Assembly (NCBI GenBank): GCA_965287045.1
Contig: OZ336878.1
Coordinates: forward strand, 68,324,001 to 68,388,000
From: Carcharhinus amblyrhynchos
Taxonomy: Eukaryota
Reading direction: 5' to 3'
Length of the DNA: 64,000 nucleotides
Shown: positions 50,700 through 62,895 of the stretch, one piece after another
How the letters are laid out: every line of letters begins with the position of its first letter
How positions within the stretch are numbered: the first letter of the stretch is position 1
Notes under the pieces: generated by a model
What the model saw: the letters and a program-made list of their open reading frames with translations, nothing else
What the model was told of the DNA's origin: nothing
The model's database searches: none
Made by a program: the position numbers and the translations under genes

Positions 50700-50932
50700 G
50701 CTTTTATTTCTCATCAGAAAAAGCCAGTTCAAATTAACTTGAACTGGCTTTTGATTAGAAATCTAAGTCCAATCACGGTCCCTATATGAGGAACAAACCA
50801 GATCCAAGCTGACAAGATTTTGCATCCCATCTTGGGCTCGATCAAACAAGATGCATGCTGACAGGATGAGGCATTGTACCCCCTCCTGGGCTTCATCTAA
50901 TGCTTCATCTTAGCCAAAAGGCTGAGGTGGCT
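50700..50932 (-). mobile_element. Short element headed by the 5' end of U2 snRNA
   Basis: 50926-50907 reads CTCAGCCTTTTGGCTAAGAT vs U2 CTCGGCCTTTTGGCTAAGAT (19/20). Then non-U2 sequence with a duplicated ~50-nt unit, a 14-bp hairpin and AATAAA. Confidence 0.6.
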
Positions 50933-51929
50933 TTGAGAAATTGCATCTGGAAAGGCTTTGGTTTAACCTTTTTGGCTATCCTCGCCTGATTACAAAGAAC
51001 AATACAGCACAAGAAACAGGCCCTTTTGCCCTCCAAGCCTGTGCTGCTCATAGGTCCAACTAGACCATTCGTTTGTATCCCTCCATTCCCAGTCTGTTCA
51101 TGTGGCTATCCAGGTAAGTCTTAAACGATCCCAGCATGTATGCCTCCAATGGCATGATGCCTTACAGACATCATGTCAGGAAACAAATCATTCAGATGAT
51201 TAAGATGTGCTACTGAACTTGGAGGTTGTTAATAATCCAGACTAAACACAAGGAATCATTGATATTGTGGTAAGTGTCAATGATCATGATGTCCTGTAGT
51301 TTTTTTAAAAATTCCATGCTAAAAGATTGGTTGCATTGAGGATACACTAAAATATTTGTATAATGATTTAGAATTGGGTTAATAAAACAGCGAATTACAT
51401 TTATTATGGAACAATTTTTGAATTTTACATTTGCATTACTGCAATAAATGAGATTGAATTTATAAGACTGTGTGCAGTAATCTTCAAGTGATGGTTAACT
51501 CGCTTTGAATGCTAGAACAAAGTGGGAAAGTAGATACAAAAACAAACGAATGACGAGATGTAGGGAGAATAGTTAAGTGGCAGTTTTCAGCAATTCTGGG
51601 GTCAAGTAATTAACAGGGTCAGACAACATTTGAAACATTGTTCATTATGGTTACTGAAACATCTGTGTGCTTTGGAGAGAATGCAATGAATTGCATACAT
51701 TCGAGAGGAGAGCAAAATACCATAGACATTGGAAATGTAAAACAAAAACAAATTGCTGTATGTAGATATAGGTTAGTTAGGATTTATGGAAGGAGCACAG
51801 TTAATGGTTTGGTTAAAGTACAAGTGAACATTAAGAAGGATTGAGAGAAAGGATGTGTAAATAGCCAAGAAAGTATGCATGGGGAAATGAGAGAGATGGA
51901 AAACTTAATTAATATCCGTTTGAAAATGA

Positions 51930-52040
51930 TATAACTGATACTGAAGTTATTGACGTCAGTGCTTGGCCTGAGGGTTGCAGAATGCCCAGAAAAAAAATGA
52001 AATATTGTTCTTGAAGCTGGTTGTGTTGGCAGCAACTCTA
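51930..52040 (-). mobile_element. Degenerate Penelope-like GIY-YIG C-terminal fragment
   Basis: Minus strand LQEQYFIFFLGILQPSG..DVNNFS, similar to 43870-43946. Confidence 0.55.
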
Positions 52041-52152
52041 TTCAAGGACCCGGATCAGAAAAGGTGGGGGTTATAAAGTGAGGAACCATAGAGTCACACC
52101 TAATACTCTGTTTATCTGCATTTGTGTTATCGAGAAGATAACACAATCTTTG

Positions 52153-52372
52153 ACAGCAGGGTGTCACAGAGGTTAGTACAGCTGCATCATACCCAGGGAC
52201 TCTGGTTCAATTCCAGCCTTGGGTAATTGTCTATGTGAAATTTGCACGTTCATCCTGTGGCTGCATGGGTTTCTTCCTGGGTGGTCTAGTTTCCTCCCAC
52301 AGTCCAAGCAGAGATTGGCCATTGTGAATGCATGCGGTTTCAGGGATAGGAGAGGACCTGGGTACAATGCTG
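52153..52372 (+). mobile_element. HE1-type SINE
   Basis: Head ccagggactctggttcaattcc and V-domain tttcctcccacagtccaa. Confidence 0.75.
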
Positions 52373-52465
52373 AAGTGTGGCTTCTCGCTCTAGAATGTCT
52401 AACAAGGGGAAACATCCGCTCTACATCTACCCTGTCAATCCCCTTTATTATCTTGTATACCTTAA

Positions 52466-53133
52466 TTTGATTCTATTTATTATTGTCACATATTAGTATA
52501 CAGTGAAAAGCATTATTTCTTGTGTGTTATAAGACAAAGCATACTTTACGAAGGGAGAAAATGCAGAGTACAGTGTTACAGTCATAGTTAGGGTGTTGAG
52601 AAAGATTAACTTAATGCAAGGTAGATCCATTCAAAAGTCTGGTAACAGGGAAGAAGCTGTTTTTTGAGTCGGTTGGTACGTGATCTCAAACTTTTGTATC
52701 TTTATCCCAATGGAAGAAAGTGGACAAGAGTATGTCTGGAGTGCGTGGGATCCTTGACTATGCTGGCTACTTTTCCAAAGCAGCAGGAAGCGTAGACAGT
52801 GTCAGTGGTTGGGAGGTTGGTTTGAGTGATGCACTAGGCTTCATTGACTCTTTGTAGTTTATTGCGGTCTTGAGCAGAGCAGGAGCCATACCAAGCTGTG
52901 ATACAACCAGAAAAAATGCTTTCTATGGTGCTTCTGTAGAAGTTGGTGAGAATTGTACAGGCATGTGAAATTTCTTTAATCATCTGAGAAAGTAGAAATG
53001 TTGGTGGGCTTCTACATGAAGGGGCCAGGACAGGTTGTTGGTGATCTGGACACCAAAAACATGAAGCTCTCGACCATTTCTACTTCATCCCCATTGTAGA
53101 CAGGGACAGGGACATGTCCTCCACAACGTTTTC
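52466..53133 (-). mobile_element. Rex1/Babar 3' fragment
   Basis: Homologous to 20000-20700. Confidence 0.85.
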
Positions 53134-54279
53134 TAGATATCCTCTCACTCTTCTAAACTCCAGTGAGAATAGGCTTAAACTGTTCCATCTCTTTTCATAA
53201 GACAAGTCCATCATTCCTGGAAACAAGATAATAAACGTTCTTTGAACTGCCTCTAATGCATTTACATCTTCCTCAAGTAAAGGGACAAAAATTCTGCGCA
53301 GTACACCAGATGCAGTCTCCCCAGTGCTCTATACAGTTGCAATGGTACTTCTCTACTCTTGCACTTTATTCCATTAGCAATGAATGCCAAAATTCCATTT
53401 ACCTTCCTTATTACCTGCTGCAGCTGCATACTATCTTTCTGTGGTTTGTGCATGAGGGCAACCAGATCCCATTGCGCTGAAGAATTTTGAAGTTTCTCTC
53501 TCTTTGTATAATTTGCCTTTTTATTTCTCCGACGAAAATGGGTAACCTCACACTTTTCCATCTTAAATTCCATCCACCAGATTCTGGCCCACTCACCTAA
53601 TCCAGCCATATCCATTTGTAAATCTCTCATTTCCTCATTACAACTTGCTTTCCCACCTAGTTTAATGTTGTCTTCAAATTGGTTATAGTATGTTCTACCC
53701 CTGCATTCAAGTCATTAATGTTGATCACAAATAGTTGGTGCCCAAGAACCAAATGCTGTAATGCACCGTTAGTTACAGCTTTCCAACAAGAAAAGGACCC
53801 ATTTATCCTTATTCTTCACTTTCATTTGGTCAGCTAATCTTCTGTCCAAGCTAATTTATAATCCTCAATCTGTGGGATTTTACCTTGTGTATTAATCTTT
53901 TATGTGGTGCCTTCTCAAATGCCTTCAGGAACTCCAGATACACTACATCCACAGGACCCCATTATCACTTGCTTGTTAAATCTTCGAAGGACTCCAGCAA
54001 ATTAGTCAAACACAATTTACCTTAAATAAAACAATGCTAGCTCTAATGGATTGTATTTTGACTTTCCAAATGTCCAGTTACTACTTGCTTAATAATGGAT
54101 GCCAACAATTTCCAAATAATGACAAACATTAAACTAATTGATCTGTTTTCCTACACTCTGCTTTTCTCCCATTTTGAACAGGAGCTTTACATTAGCCTTT
54201 TTCCTATCCACTAGAACTGTTCCAGAATCAGGAAATTTGGAATATTATAACCAATACTCCCACTATCTCTAATGCCACT

Positions 54280-55504
54280 TGCCGGAATAATGTAGGGGGG
54301 AGTTATACGATAAAGGGTAAGCCCATTAGGAGTATAGAGTCGCAGCGAGATCTGGGGGTGCAAGTGCACAAGTCTTTGAAGGTGGCAGTACAAATGGAGA
54401 AGGTTGTGAAGAAAGCCTATTGTATGTTAGCCTTTATAGGAAGGGGTATAGAATATAAGAGCTGGAGTCTAATGTTGCAGTTGTATAGAACGTTGGTTAG
54501 GCCGCATTTAGAAAAAAATAAAAGGTACTACCGGAAGGACGTGGAGACTCTGGAGAGAGTACAGGGGAGGTTTACCAGGATGTTGCCTGGTATGGAAGGA
54601 CTGGGTTATGAGGAAAGATTGAACAAATTGGGGCTGTTTTCCCTTGAAAGACGGCAACTGAGGGGGGATCTAATAGAGGTATATAAGATTTATGAAGGGT
54701 ATAGATAGGAAATAGCTTACCTCTGTTTACTCTATGTTAGAAACACACAGTACGAGGAGCCATGGGCTTAAGGGGAGGGGGGAGAGGTATAACACAGATA
54801 TTAGAGGGAGGTTTTTCACATAGAGGGTAATGGGGGTATGGAATGCTCTGCCAAGTAAGGTGGTGGAGGCAAGCACGCTAGAGTTGCTTAAGAGTAACTT
54901 AGACAGGCACATGAGTGGGTTGGAGATGGGTGGATATAGGAGATTGTTTTAAATAAGGTTCATTAGCATTGGGGCGTCCCTGGTAAGGTAAATGGATATG
55001 GTATGATAATAATGTTTTTTCTCTTTTCATTCACAGGTTTTAAGTCAGTCCACCTTGTTGTCCAACGAGGGGCATACACGCGATGGGTCGTACTTGGGCT
55101 GCTCTTGATTGTTCGAGATTGGCCTAGTGCTTCATGTTGTTGGTGTGTGCTTAAACTGGACCAGATGCTGGGCAAGACGACAGCTCAGTGACTATCACTG
55201 TTTGCTGTGCAGACACATGGATTTGGGCCAGTGTCTGTGGGAGTTTGCGCATTCTCCCCGTGCTTGCGTGGGTTTTCTCTGGGTGCTCCGGTTTCCTCCC
55301 ACACCCCAAAGATATGCTATTAGGCTGATTGGCAGTAATAAATTGTCCCGAAATTAGTTTCCCTCAATGTGGATGGCCATAAAACAATAGATAAGGGTCA
55401 TGGGTGGAGGGGGGGACTGGTAGTGTTAAATTGGCGGCGTGGGCTCGTTGGGCCAAAGGGCCTGTTTCCTAGGCTGTTTTTGTTCTTTGTTCTTTCTTTG
55501 TTCT
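54280..55504 (+). mobile_element. CR1 3' fragment with a long 3' region containing a SINE V-domain
   Basis: ORF 54358-54708 is CR1 ORF2. 55160-55340 is HE1/V-SINE-like. Ends in (ttctttg)n. Confidence 0.8.
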
Positions 55505-56734
55505 TTAAGAGTCAAGAATGTAGGCCATCTGGCCCTCAGGACTTGTCTGCCTTTAATCCCAAAAGCTTGTTCAGTACTTTTTCCCTAGTGATGGTGATTG
55601 TTTTCTTTTTGAGTTCCTCCTTTTCAGCAACCAAGGCAAAATATTGATTTAGTGTCTTTGCCTTTTCTGTGTTCCACATTAACTCAGTTTCATCCTCTAA
55701 GTGGCCAACGTTGACTTTAGCAACTCTCTTCCTTTTTAAATACTTAAAGAATCTTCTGCTTTCCATTTTTATATTTAGCACTAGGATTCTTTCATGATTT
55801 ACCATTGCTTTTTTTTATTTTTTTAGTAACCTTCTGTTGGTCTTTAAAAGTTTCCCTATCTGCCAGCCTGCCACTGACCTTCGCGGTATGCTGTGCCTTA
55901 GTTTTTGCCTTTGTTATTTTTAACTAGACTGAAATTTTAATTGTAAAGTTCCTGCACTATTTGTTTATCCAAAATCACTTAGTGACACTTAGCAAGATCA
56001 AAACACAGTAGTGCATGAATATACACAAATATACAAGCTGAAAGTACAGTGATTTTGCTGGAAATTAGGTCACAAGCACTGTTACTTTTTATACAAATTA
56101 GTTGTAAAAAGGTCTCTATGCTTAAAGATAACCTGAATTTGGATATGGCCCAAACTTTGCATAAAATCACGTTCCTTTACTAAGACCTGTTAACCAGTGT
56201 AAAAACGAAATATAAACATCCTTGCGTGTAATTTTTTTAAAAATTGAATTGGTTTCAAAAATGAGTAACATTTATCTCAGTTGCAGTAGGACAACTGTGC
56301 CGTTGCAAAAAAAATTCTGTAAAATAACTACTTTATAAGTTTGAACCCAGTTCAGTATGACTAGCTATGACTTCTTCACTGAATCATTGAATTTTGCATG
56401 TATGCAGCTATTGTCCACTGTAAATTTGAGGTAGCAAAGACAGGAAATGCTGGAAACATTTAGCAACATCTGTGGAAAGAATGGCTGATTTAATATTTCA
56501 CATTTGGCTTGAACTAAATTGACGTAAGTGTTCCAGCTTCGTGTGGAAGTGCTGCCATGAATATCACAAATCCAGTTGATCAGTTAGATGTATATTTAAA
56601 TGATTATCTTTAGAAAAGTCTTTCTTGTAACACTTCATGGAAGTGGTGTTCAATCAACATCTTGTACAGTAATGCCAGTCATGTTGAATCAATTGTCTCA
56701 CCATTGCTCTGCAAAGGAACTTTAAATGTTCATT

Positions 56735-57150
56735 AATTTCTATCTGAATCAGTATCACCAGAGCAGATTTAGTCAGTATATCACTTTGTCATTTGTAGGA
56801 GCTTGCTGTGCATAAATTGACTCTCTTCCACATTACCACAGTAACTGTACTTCATTGGCTGTAAAGTGTTTTGGAACATCTTGAGTTTGTGAATGCAGTA
56901 TACAGTGGTTAGTACTGCTGCCTCACAACGCCAGGACCCAGGTTCAATTTAGGCCTTGGGTCACTATTTATGTGGAGCCTGCATGGGTTTCCTCAGGATG
57001 CTCTGGTTTTCTCCCAAAGGCCAAAGATGTGCAGGCAGGGGACTAGCAGGGTAAATATGTGGGGCTACGGGAATAGGCCTGGGTGGTATTCTGGTCGGTG
57101 CAGATTCAATTGGCCAAATGACTTCCTCCTGCACAGTAGGGATACTATTG
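56735..57150 (+). mobile_element. Deu-domain SINE 3' part followed by an HE1-type SINE
   Basis: gagcttgctgtgcataaattg..cttcattggctgtaaag, then cagtggttagtactgctgcctcac. Confidence 0.7.
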
Positions 57151-57805
57151 TAATTTTTTTTATAAACTTGGTTAGTTGAGCAATATTAACTTTTCTCAAC
57201 AGTCCATGTTTTGTGCAGTCACAAGAATGTTACAATCCAAAATGAAGTGAAATATATAATTGGTTTGCCTAATAATCTAGATTTAATCACTTTGTGCAAA
57301 AAATATTGTTTGATTTATTGAACAAAATCATGCTTCCCACGTTGTTATTGATAAGCATAAGATGATCACTAAATGATAGATTTTGCTTTCCGAATCAAGT
57401 AATTGATCAGTTATTGAAGTTGCTTCAGACAAAAAGCTGAAAGTAACATCTGTTTAAGTCAATATTTACATAACTCATGAAACAACACTATTGTTCTGCA
57501 AAAATGAACCATAGTGTTACACTGATTCTATTCCAACTAACATTATCATACAACAGTGAGCTTGTTTCTCGCTGTTACCTACGTCTCCATTAGAACCCGA
57601 CCAAACACCCTCCTGCAGTTGAGCACGGTTATCTTAATCTGAAAGGACAATCAAGAAGAATTATTGACTAGCCTTTCAGATTTGTTTCAGATTTAAAGTG
57701 TTGAAATTAGATTAGATGTATCTGGTTTCTACCACAACAATTCAAGTTTAATAATTTTAATTATAATTTATTATTATAATTATAATTTAATTATTATAAT
57801 TTTAA

Positions 57806-58348
57806 TTTGGGCGCCGTACTTATGCAAGGATATTTTGGCCTTGGAGGGAGTGCAGAGGAGGTTTACTAGGCTGATGCCGGAATTGAGGGGGTTGAGCTAT
57901 GAGGAGAGGCTGAATAAACTAGGCTTGTACTCGTTAGAGTTTAGAAGAATGAGGGGAGATCTCATTGAGACGTATAAGATGATGAATGGGATGGATAGGA
58001 TAGAGGTGGAGAGACCCTTCCTGCTCAGAAAGGACAGTAGGACTAGGGGGCACAGCCTCAAGATAAAAGGGGGGGGGGGGTTTAGAACGGAGTTGAGGAA
58101 GAACTTCTTCACTCAAAGGGTGGTGAATCTCTGGAATTCTCTGCCCGTTGAAGTGGTGGAGGCTGCCTCGCTAAATATTTTTAAGACGCGGGTTGATGGG
58201 TTTTTGATAAGCGAGAGGATTAAGGGTTATGGGGAGAGGGCGGGAATGTGGAACTGAGCCACGACAGATCAGCCATGATCTTATTGAATAGCGGGGCAGG
58301 CTCGAAGGGCTAGATGGCCTACTCCTGCTCCTATTCCTTATGTTCTTA
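57806..58348 (+). mobile_element. Young CR1 LINE, short 5'-truncated copy
   Basis: ORF 57835-58257 is nearly identical to the other three young copies. Confidence 0.95.
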
Positions 58349-60012
58349 ATTACGTTTCAGAACTATTATATATGAAAAAGCAAACTGATGACCAGGTGTC
58401 ACAAGCAATATTTCCAGCTTAAAATATTCCCAAGTGCTTTTAATTTTTGAGTAAAATTATGAGAGCAAGTGAAGCCCACTGATCCCTAATTACTATACTG
58501 TACTGTTAAGTGAAACTGGCCAGAGCAGTATTGCTGTGAATCTTTGTGGTCCTGTTCCAGACACAAGTGTGAAATTGTCTGACTCAATATGCAAAATAAA
58601 TAGCTGTAGCCTGCATGGGGTAAATAAGCTGTTGACAGTACCTCTTGTCAGTGTAATGCTGATTCATTTCTTTACAAAATTAATGCTTCCCCAAGGTGCT
58701 TCAGTAGAACATTATCAGACAAATTGAGTCACATCCAGAGGTATTAAGACCATTGTTCCCCCTGAATTTCTATGTGGCTTGTTTATTTCAATGCATAGTA
58801 CTTTAAAATTTTTTGCATGGCCTTGCACACATAGTTTCTTATTGGGTGCAAATGGTCTAAACAGCCACGCAGGTGCACAGCTGAGCGGAAACATTGATCA
58901 CGTATAGGCGACCAAAAATTTGTCAAGTAATTTAAACAGAGGAAGTGAAGGGATATATACGATTTACTAATATTTGAAGAAACTCCTAATCCTGATGAAT
59001 GTCCTACTGGAGAGAGAAATTAGTCTACATATCTTAATACATAGTTAATAAGTTCCATTTCAATAATTTATTGTTCAGAGAAATGGTATTTGACTTCAGA
59101 ATGTGCAACCACTCCTTTGTGCAAGTTCTATTAACTTCATTAGCCAGATTGATCAAGCTGTATTTGCTACATTTTAGAATTTTGAGCATTAACATTTGCT
59201 GGAAGAACTTGTTCCAAGTAGTGAAGATGTTGTGGTTATCTTGTTAAAAGCTGCCATTTTTCAGAAAATTATGTTTAACATAATGCTCTTACAAAGTACA
59301 GAATATATCCAATTTTAGTTGCCTAATCAGTATAAAACTGGTTTTCAGTTGCTATTACATAATTATTTTCAAATGAGGCATTACATATTTCTGGGTTTTT
59401 GTACTATCTTTCCCCTTGTGCTTAGTGTAACCGGTCACTTGCAAAAGTAGATCCTGTTTCTGTCATGAACTCGGATGTGCCTTTTCTTCCCAATACCCTG
59501 GTAGATCCAATAACTTAGCTGTCAACTATCACACTGGCATTTTCCGAATACAATAAAATATCAAGGGATATGGGGATAGAGCAGGATAGTGGAGTTTCAG
59601 AAGATCAACTAAAATCTTGTTAAATGGAGAACTCAAGGCATCATGAGGCCCACTACTCCTGCTTTATGTTGTCAAACAAAGGTAGACAAAGAGCAGTTTG
59701 ACAAAATGTTTTAATTAAAAATACATAATGCAATCACCTTGATCAAAAGCAATAAAGACTTCTCCTATGCTAACTTCCAATCTCCAATAATGTACAAGTC
59801 TGACTCAATCTCATTGAAACTTAAAATTCTTAAAGGACTTGACGTGATAGATACTGGGAGGATGTTACCCCTGGCTGGTAAGTATAAAGATAAGGTTTCA
59901 GATTAAGCAGTCAAACGATCGAGACTGAGGTGAAGAGAAGTTTTGTCATTCAGAATTGTGAACGAGATCTGTGGATGCTCAGTTGTTGAGCATATTCAAT
60001 CAGAGCTCAGTC

Positions 60013-60315
60013 AAAGTTAAAGTTTATTTATTAGTCACAAATAGGCTTACATTAACACCGCAATGAAGTTACTTTGAAAATCCCCTAGTCCCCACACTCC
60101 GGCGCCTGTTTGGGTACACACAGAATTTAGCATGGCCAGTCCACCTAACCTGCACATCTTTGAACTGTGGGAGGAAACCAGAGCACTGGGAGGAAACCCA
60201 CGCAGAAGTGGGAAGAATGTGCAAACTACACATAGACGGTACCCAAGCAGGGAATTGAACCTGGTCCCTGATGCTGTGAGGCAGCACTCCCAATCACTGT
60301 GCATACATGCTGCTC
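60013..60315 (-). mobile_element. HE1-like SINE
   Basis: Head, V-domain and tail cattgcggtgttaatgtaagcct..aataaataaacttt. Confidence 0.85.
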
Positions 60316-60325
60316 CAAAAAATTT

Positions 60326-60398
60326 CAAGCCAGCCAGGAGTCGAACCTGGAATCTTCTGATCCGTAGTCAGACACACTATCGATTGCATCATTAGCCC
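60326..60398 (-). tRNA. tRNA-Arg(ACG), probable pseudogene
   Basis: 73 nt GGGCTAATGATGCAATCGATAGTGTGTCTGACTACGGATCAGAAGATTCCAGGTTCGACTCCTGGCTGGCTTG. Anticodon and T arms match vertebrate tRNA-Arg-ACG. The D-loop GG is broken and the acceptor stem has an A-C mismatch. T6 run 3 nt downstream. Confidence 0.9.
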
Positions 60399-62399
60399 GG
60401 CACATGGATCTATGGATATAAAGGGAAAATGGAAATAGTGTGAGATATAGCTGAGGTAGAAGATCAACCATGATTTTATTAAATGGCACACCAGGCTCAA
60501 CAGGCCAAATTGTCTCCTCCTAACTTATTATAATCAAATGCATGGCTGGTCTCTAGTTTTGCCGCAGAATCTTCTGGGTAGGTCTGTGTCCCTGACAGCT
60601 TTAGATTGCTTGATTGAGCTGAGGAATTTGGGGACCCTAGCTGCAAAGCTCTCCATCAAAGGACAACAAAAAAATAGTAATCACAAACTGACTACGCTGA
60701 AGGCTGTCAGTCAAATCTGTTCTACCAAAAAGACTGTAAGGATATCAATTGTATTCGAGTTTTAAACTGAATAATTTAATTCCATGTTAATCTTTTTGTA
60801 ATATTTCAATCAGCTGGTCGTTATGAGAAATTATCACTTTTCATTCATCACACCTTTTACAAATCATCAACAATTTTCAGGGAAAAGTATACGAAAGAGA
60901 AACTTGTCATCAAACCTAATCCTTAAGTTTTCTATTAAGTGGGTTAAAATAAAATTGCCTTAGTTTACTTTTATTTTGAGAACCACTAAATAGCTAACAT
61001 TAAAAAAAAGGTTACTGCATAGGCAATCCCTAAATAGAATTGGAAAGTATGCTGGGCATGACTTTCAAGAAGTCACCTCACTCTGGTGCCATCTCCTATT
61101 TAGGATGCATTACACAGGAATTCCTTGAGTAGCGCCCAGAAAGGGACAGATGAAATGCCATGTTAGCACCTAAATATTATAATGGTGCAAACATTTTGAA
61201 AGAATGCCATAGAAGATTAGAGCAGGGTTAAGTTGGTATCCTTCAAATGAGAACTTTTTTCCCCCATAAAGATATTGGTGTATTGATAATGTTTTTCTAA
61301 CATGAGTCAACGATTTGTGAACATCTTCACAATGTATCTTTCTACATCGATTGCTAATAATTTGTTACATAGGCAGAGGACTCCAGTTTGCCATATAGTA
61401 TTGCATGTTAAAGTAAACAAAATTCTTCTGAAAAGGCAGGCATTTGTAAAGCAAGTTGGTGTACTGAAATGAATTATTCATTCATCAAAATAGTTTTTGG
61501 TCAAAGTCCAAGCCAGACATAATGTTGAAATTCTCCTCTGCCTGTTGGGTAAAGTCTTTTTCAGTAAATGTTCATTCCCAGTGGATACAGGCTTACAGAG
61601 CACAATTGTAAATTCAATTCATGTTCGGTTTAAAAATGTATTCAATATTTGGTTTCATACTCCATAACTATAGTTCTTTGTCAACTTTTGGAAGCTTCCA
61701 AACTGCATTTATCAAGACGAAATAGTGACATTATATGGAGCTCCTATGAATTCTGTGCTGCACTTCAGGCCAAAATCTTAGAATAAGATCATCTTTGGAA
61801 CATTTGACTGTTGGCTGTTGTAGTTGTTTATGTTTTATATTTGCCAGAGGCATATTAGATTCAAGGAATTGATGGATGTCATTAAACTTGAGTGGTGGTA
61901 GGGTATATTTCAGAGGGAGAAAGGAACTCAGCAAGTAATTCAAAAGCAATTCAAGAAGTCTGCTGGATTTTCAACTGACTTATGGTTAATTTTATGACTA
62001 TATCAGCCAGAATTGGCTGCAAATACTGTTAAAATGGCGTAGAAATACTGGAGCGGCACAGTGTGGTTTGCCCTGTTAGAATTTTCCCCCTTGGAAATTG
62101 CTGGAAACGCAATGTGGTATGGTAAAGGTAACAGAGCATTTGGGACCTTGGTTAATGATGGAAGCTCCTGAACCAATGAGATGTAAGGATTGAGAAAGAA
62201 ACTTGGATGACAGAGAAGGAAATAGAGTAACTTAGAATCATGCTGGGTACAGAAAGAAATTGGAATAATGAAAAGGGACAAAAGTGTGTAAGAAAATATT
62301 AACTTGGGTCTTTACTCCTCTTCTTTGGAGTAGTGCTTTTGCAGGAACTTAAATCTTATTTAAAAACAAAGTGCTTGCAGTGACTAAAAACATACATAC

Positions 62400-62895
62400 A
62401 AACATGCATTAAGAGCAGGAGTAAGCCACACAACTCCTCTACTCTTCTCCACTATTCAATAAGATTATGGCTAATCTGATTGTAACTTCAGCCTCGCATT
62501 CCTGCTTACCACTGCTAACTTTTCACCCCCTTGTTAATCAAAAATCTATGTAGCTCTGCCTTAAAAATAGTCAAAGATTTGCTTCCACCGCCATTTAAGG
62601 AAGAAAGTTCGAAAAACTGATTACTCTCTGAGAAATGTATCCTCATCTGTCTAAATGGGTGGCTCCTTATCTTTAAACTAGTGACCTTCTAACCCTAGAT
62701 TCTCCCACAATAGGGAACATCTACCTTGTCGAATCCCTAAGGAACTTTTCTGTTTGAATCAAATCACCTTTTAATCTAACTTTAGTGGATACAAACCTAA
62801 TCTGTCCATCCTGTCCTTGTCAAACAATCTGCCCATCCAGGTGTTGGGCTAGTAAACCTCTGAACTGCTTCCAATGCATTTACATCCTTCACTGA
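62400..62895 (-). mobile_element. Old CR1 3' fragment
   Basis: Same 3' UTR and C-terminal pattern as 3620-4305. Confidence 0.8.

Larger units (their letters stand above)
52390..55920 (-). mobile_element. Old CR1 LINE split by Rex1 (52466-53133) and by a plus-strand CR1 (54280-55504)
   Basis: CR1 ORF2 homology in ORFs 53262-53630 and 55536-55805. The text rejoins across both insertions. Confidence 0.8.

Noticed and set aside
50900-50932. Functional U2 snRNA gene
   Set aside because: Only about 25-30 nt of the 5' end match. There is no Sm site or 3' stem-loops.
7490-58257. Reverse-transcriptase ORFs as a retron, DGR or other novel RT system
   Set aside because: All are fragments of CR1 or Rex1 non-LTR retrotransposons with typical 3' tails.
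58751-58896. Possible hAT MITE (cattgttccc / ggaaacattg)
   Set aside because: TIR-like ends but no recognisable 8-bp TSD; too weak to list as a feature.
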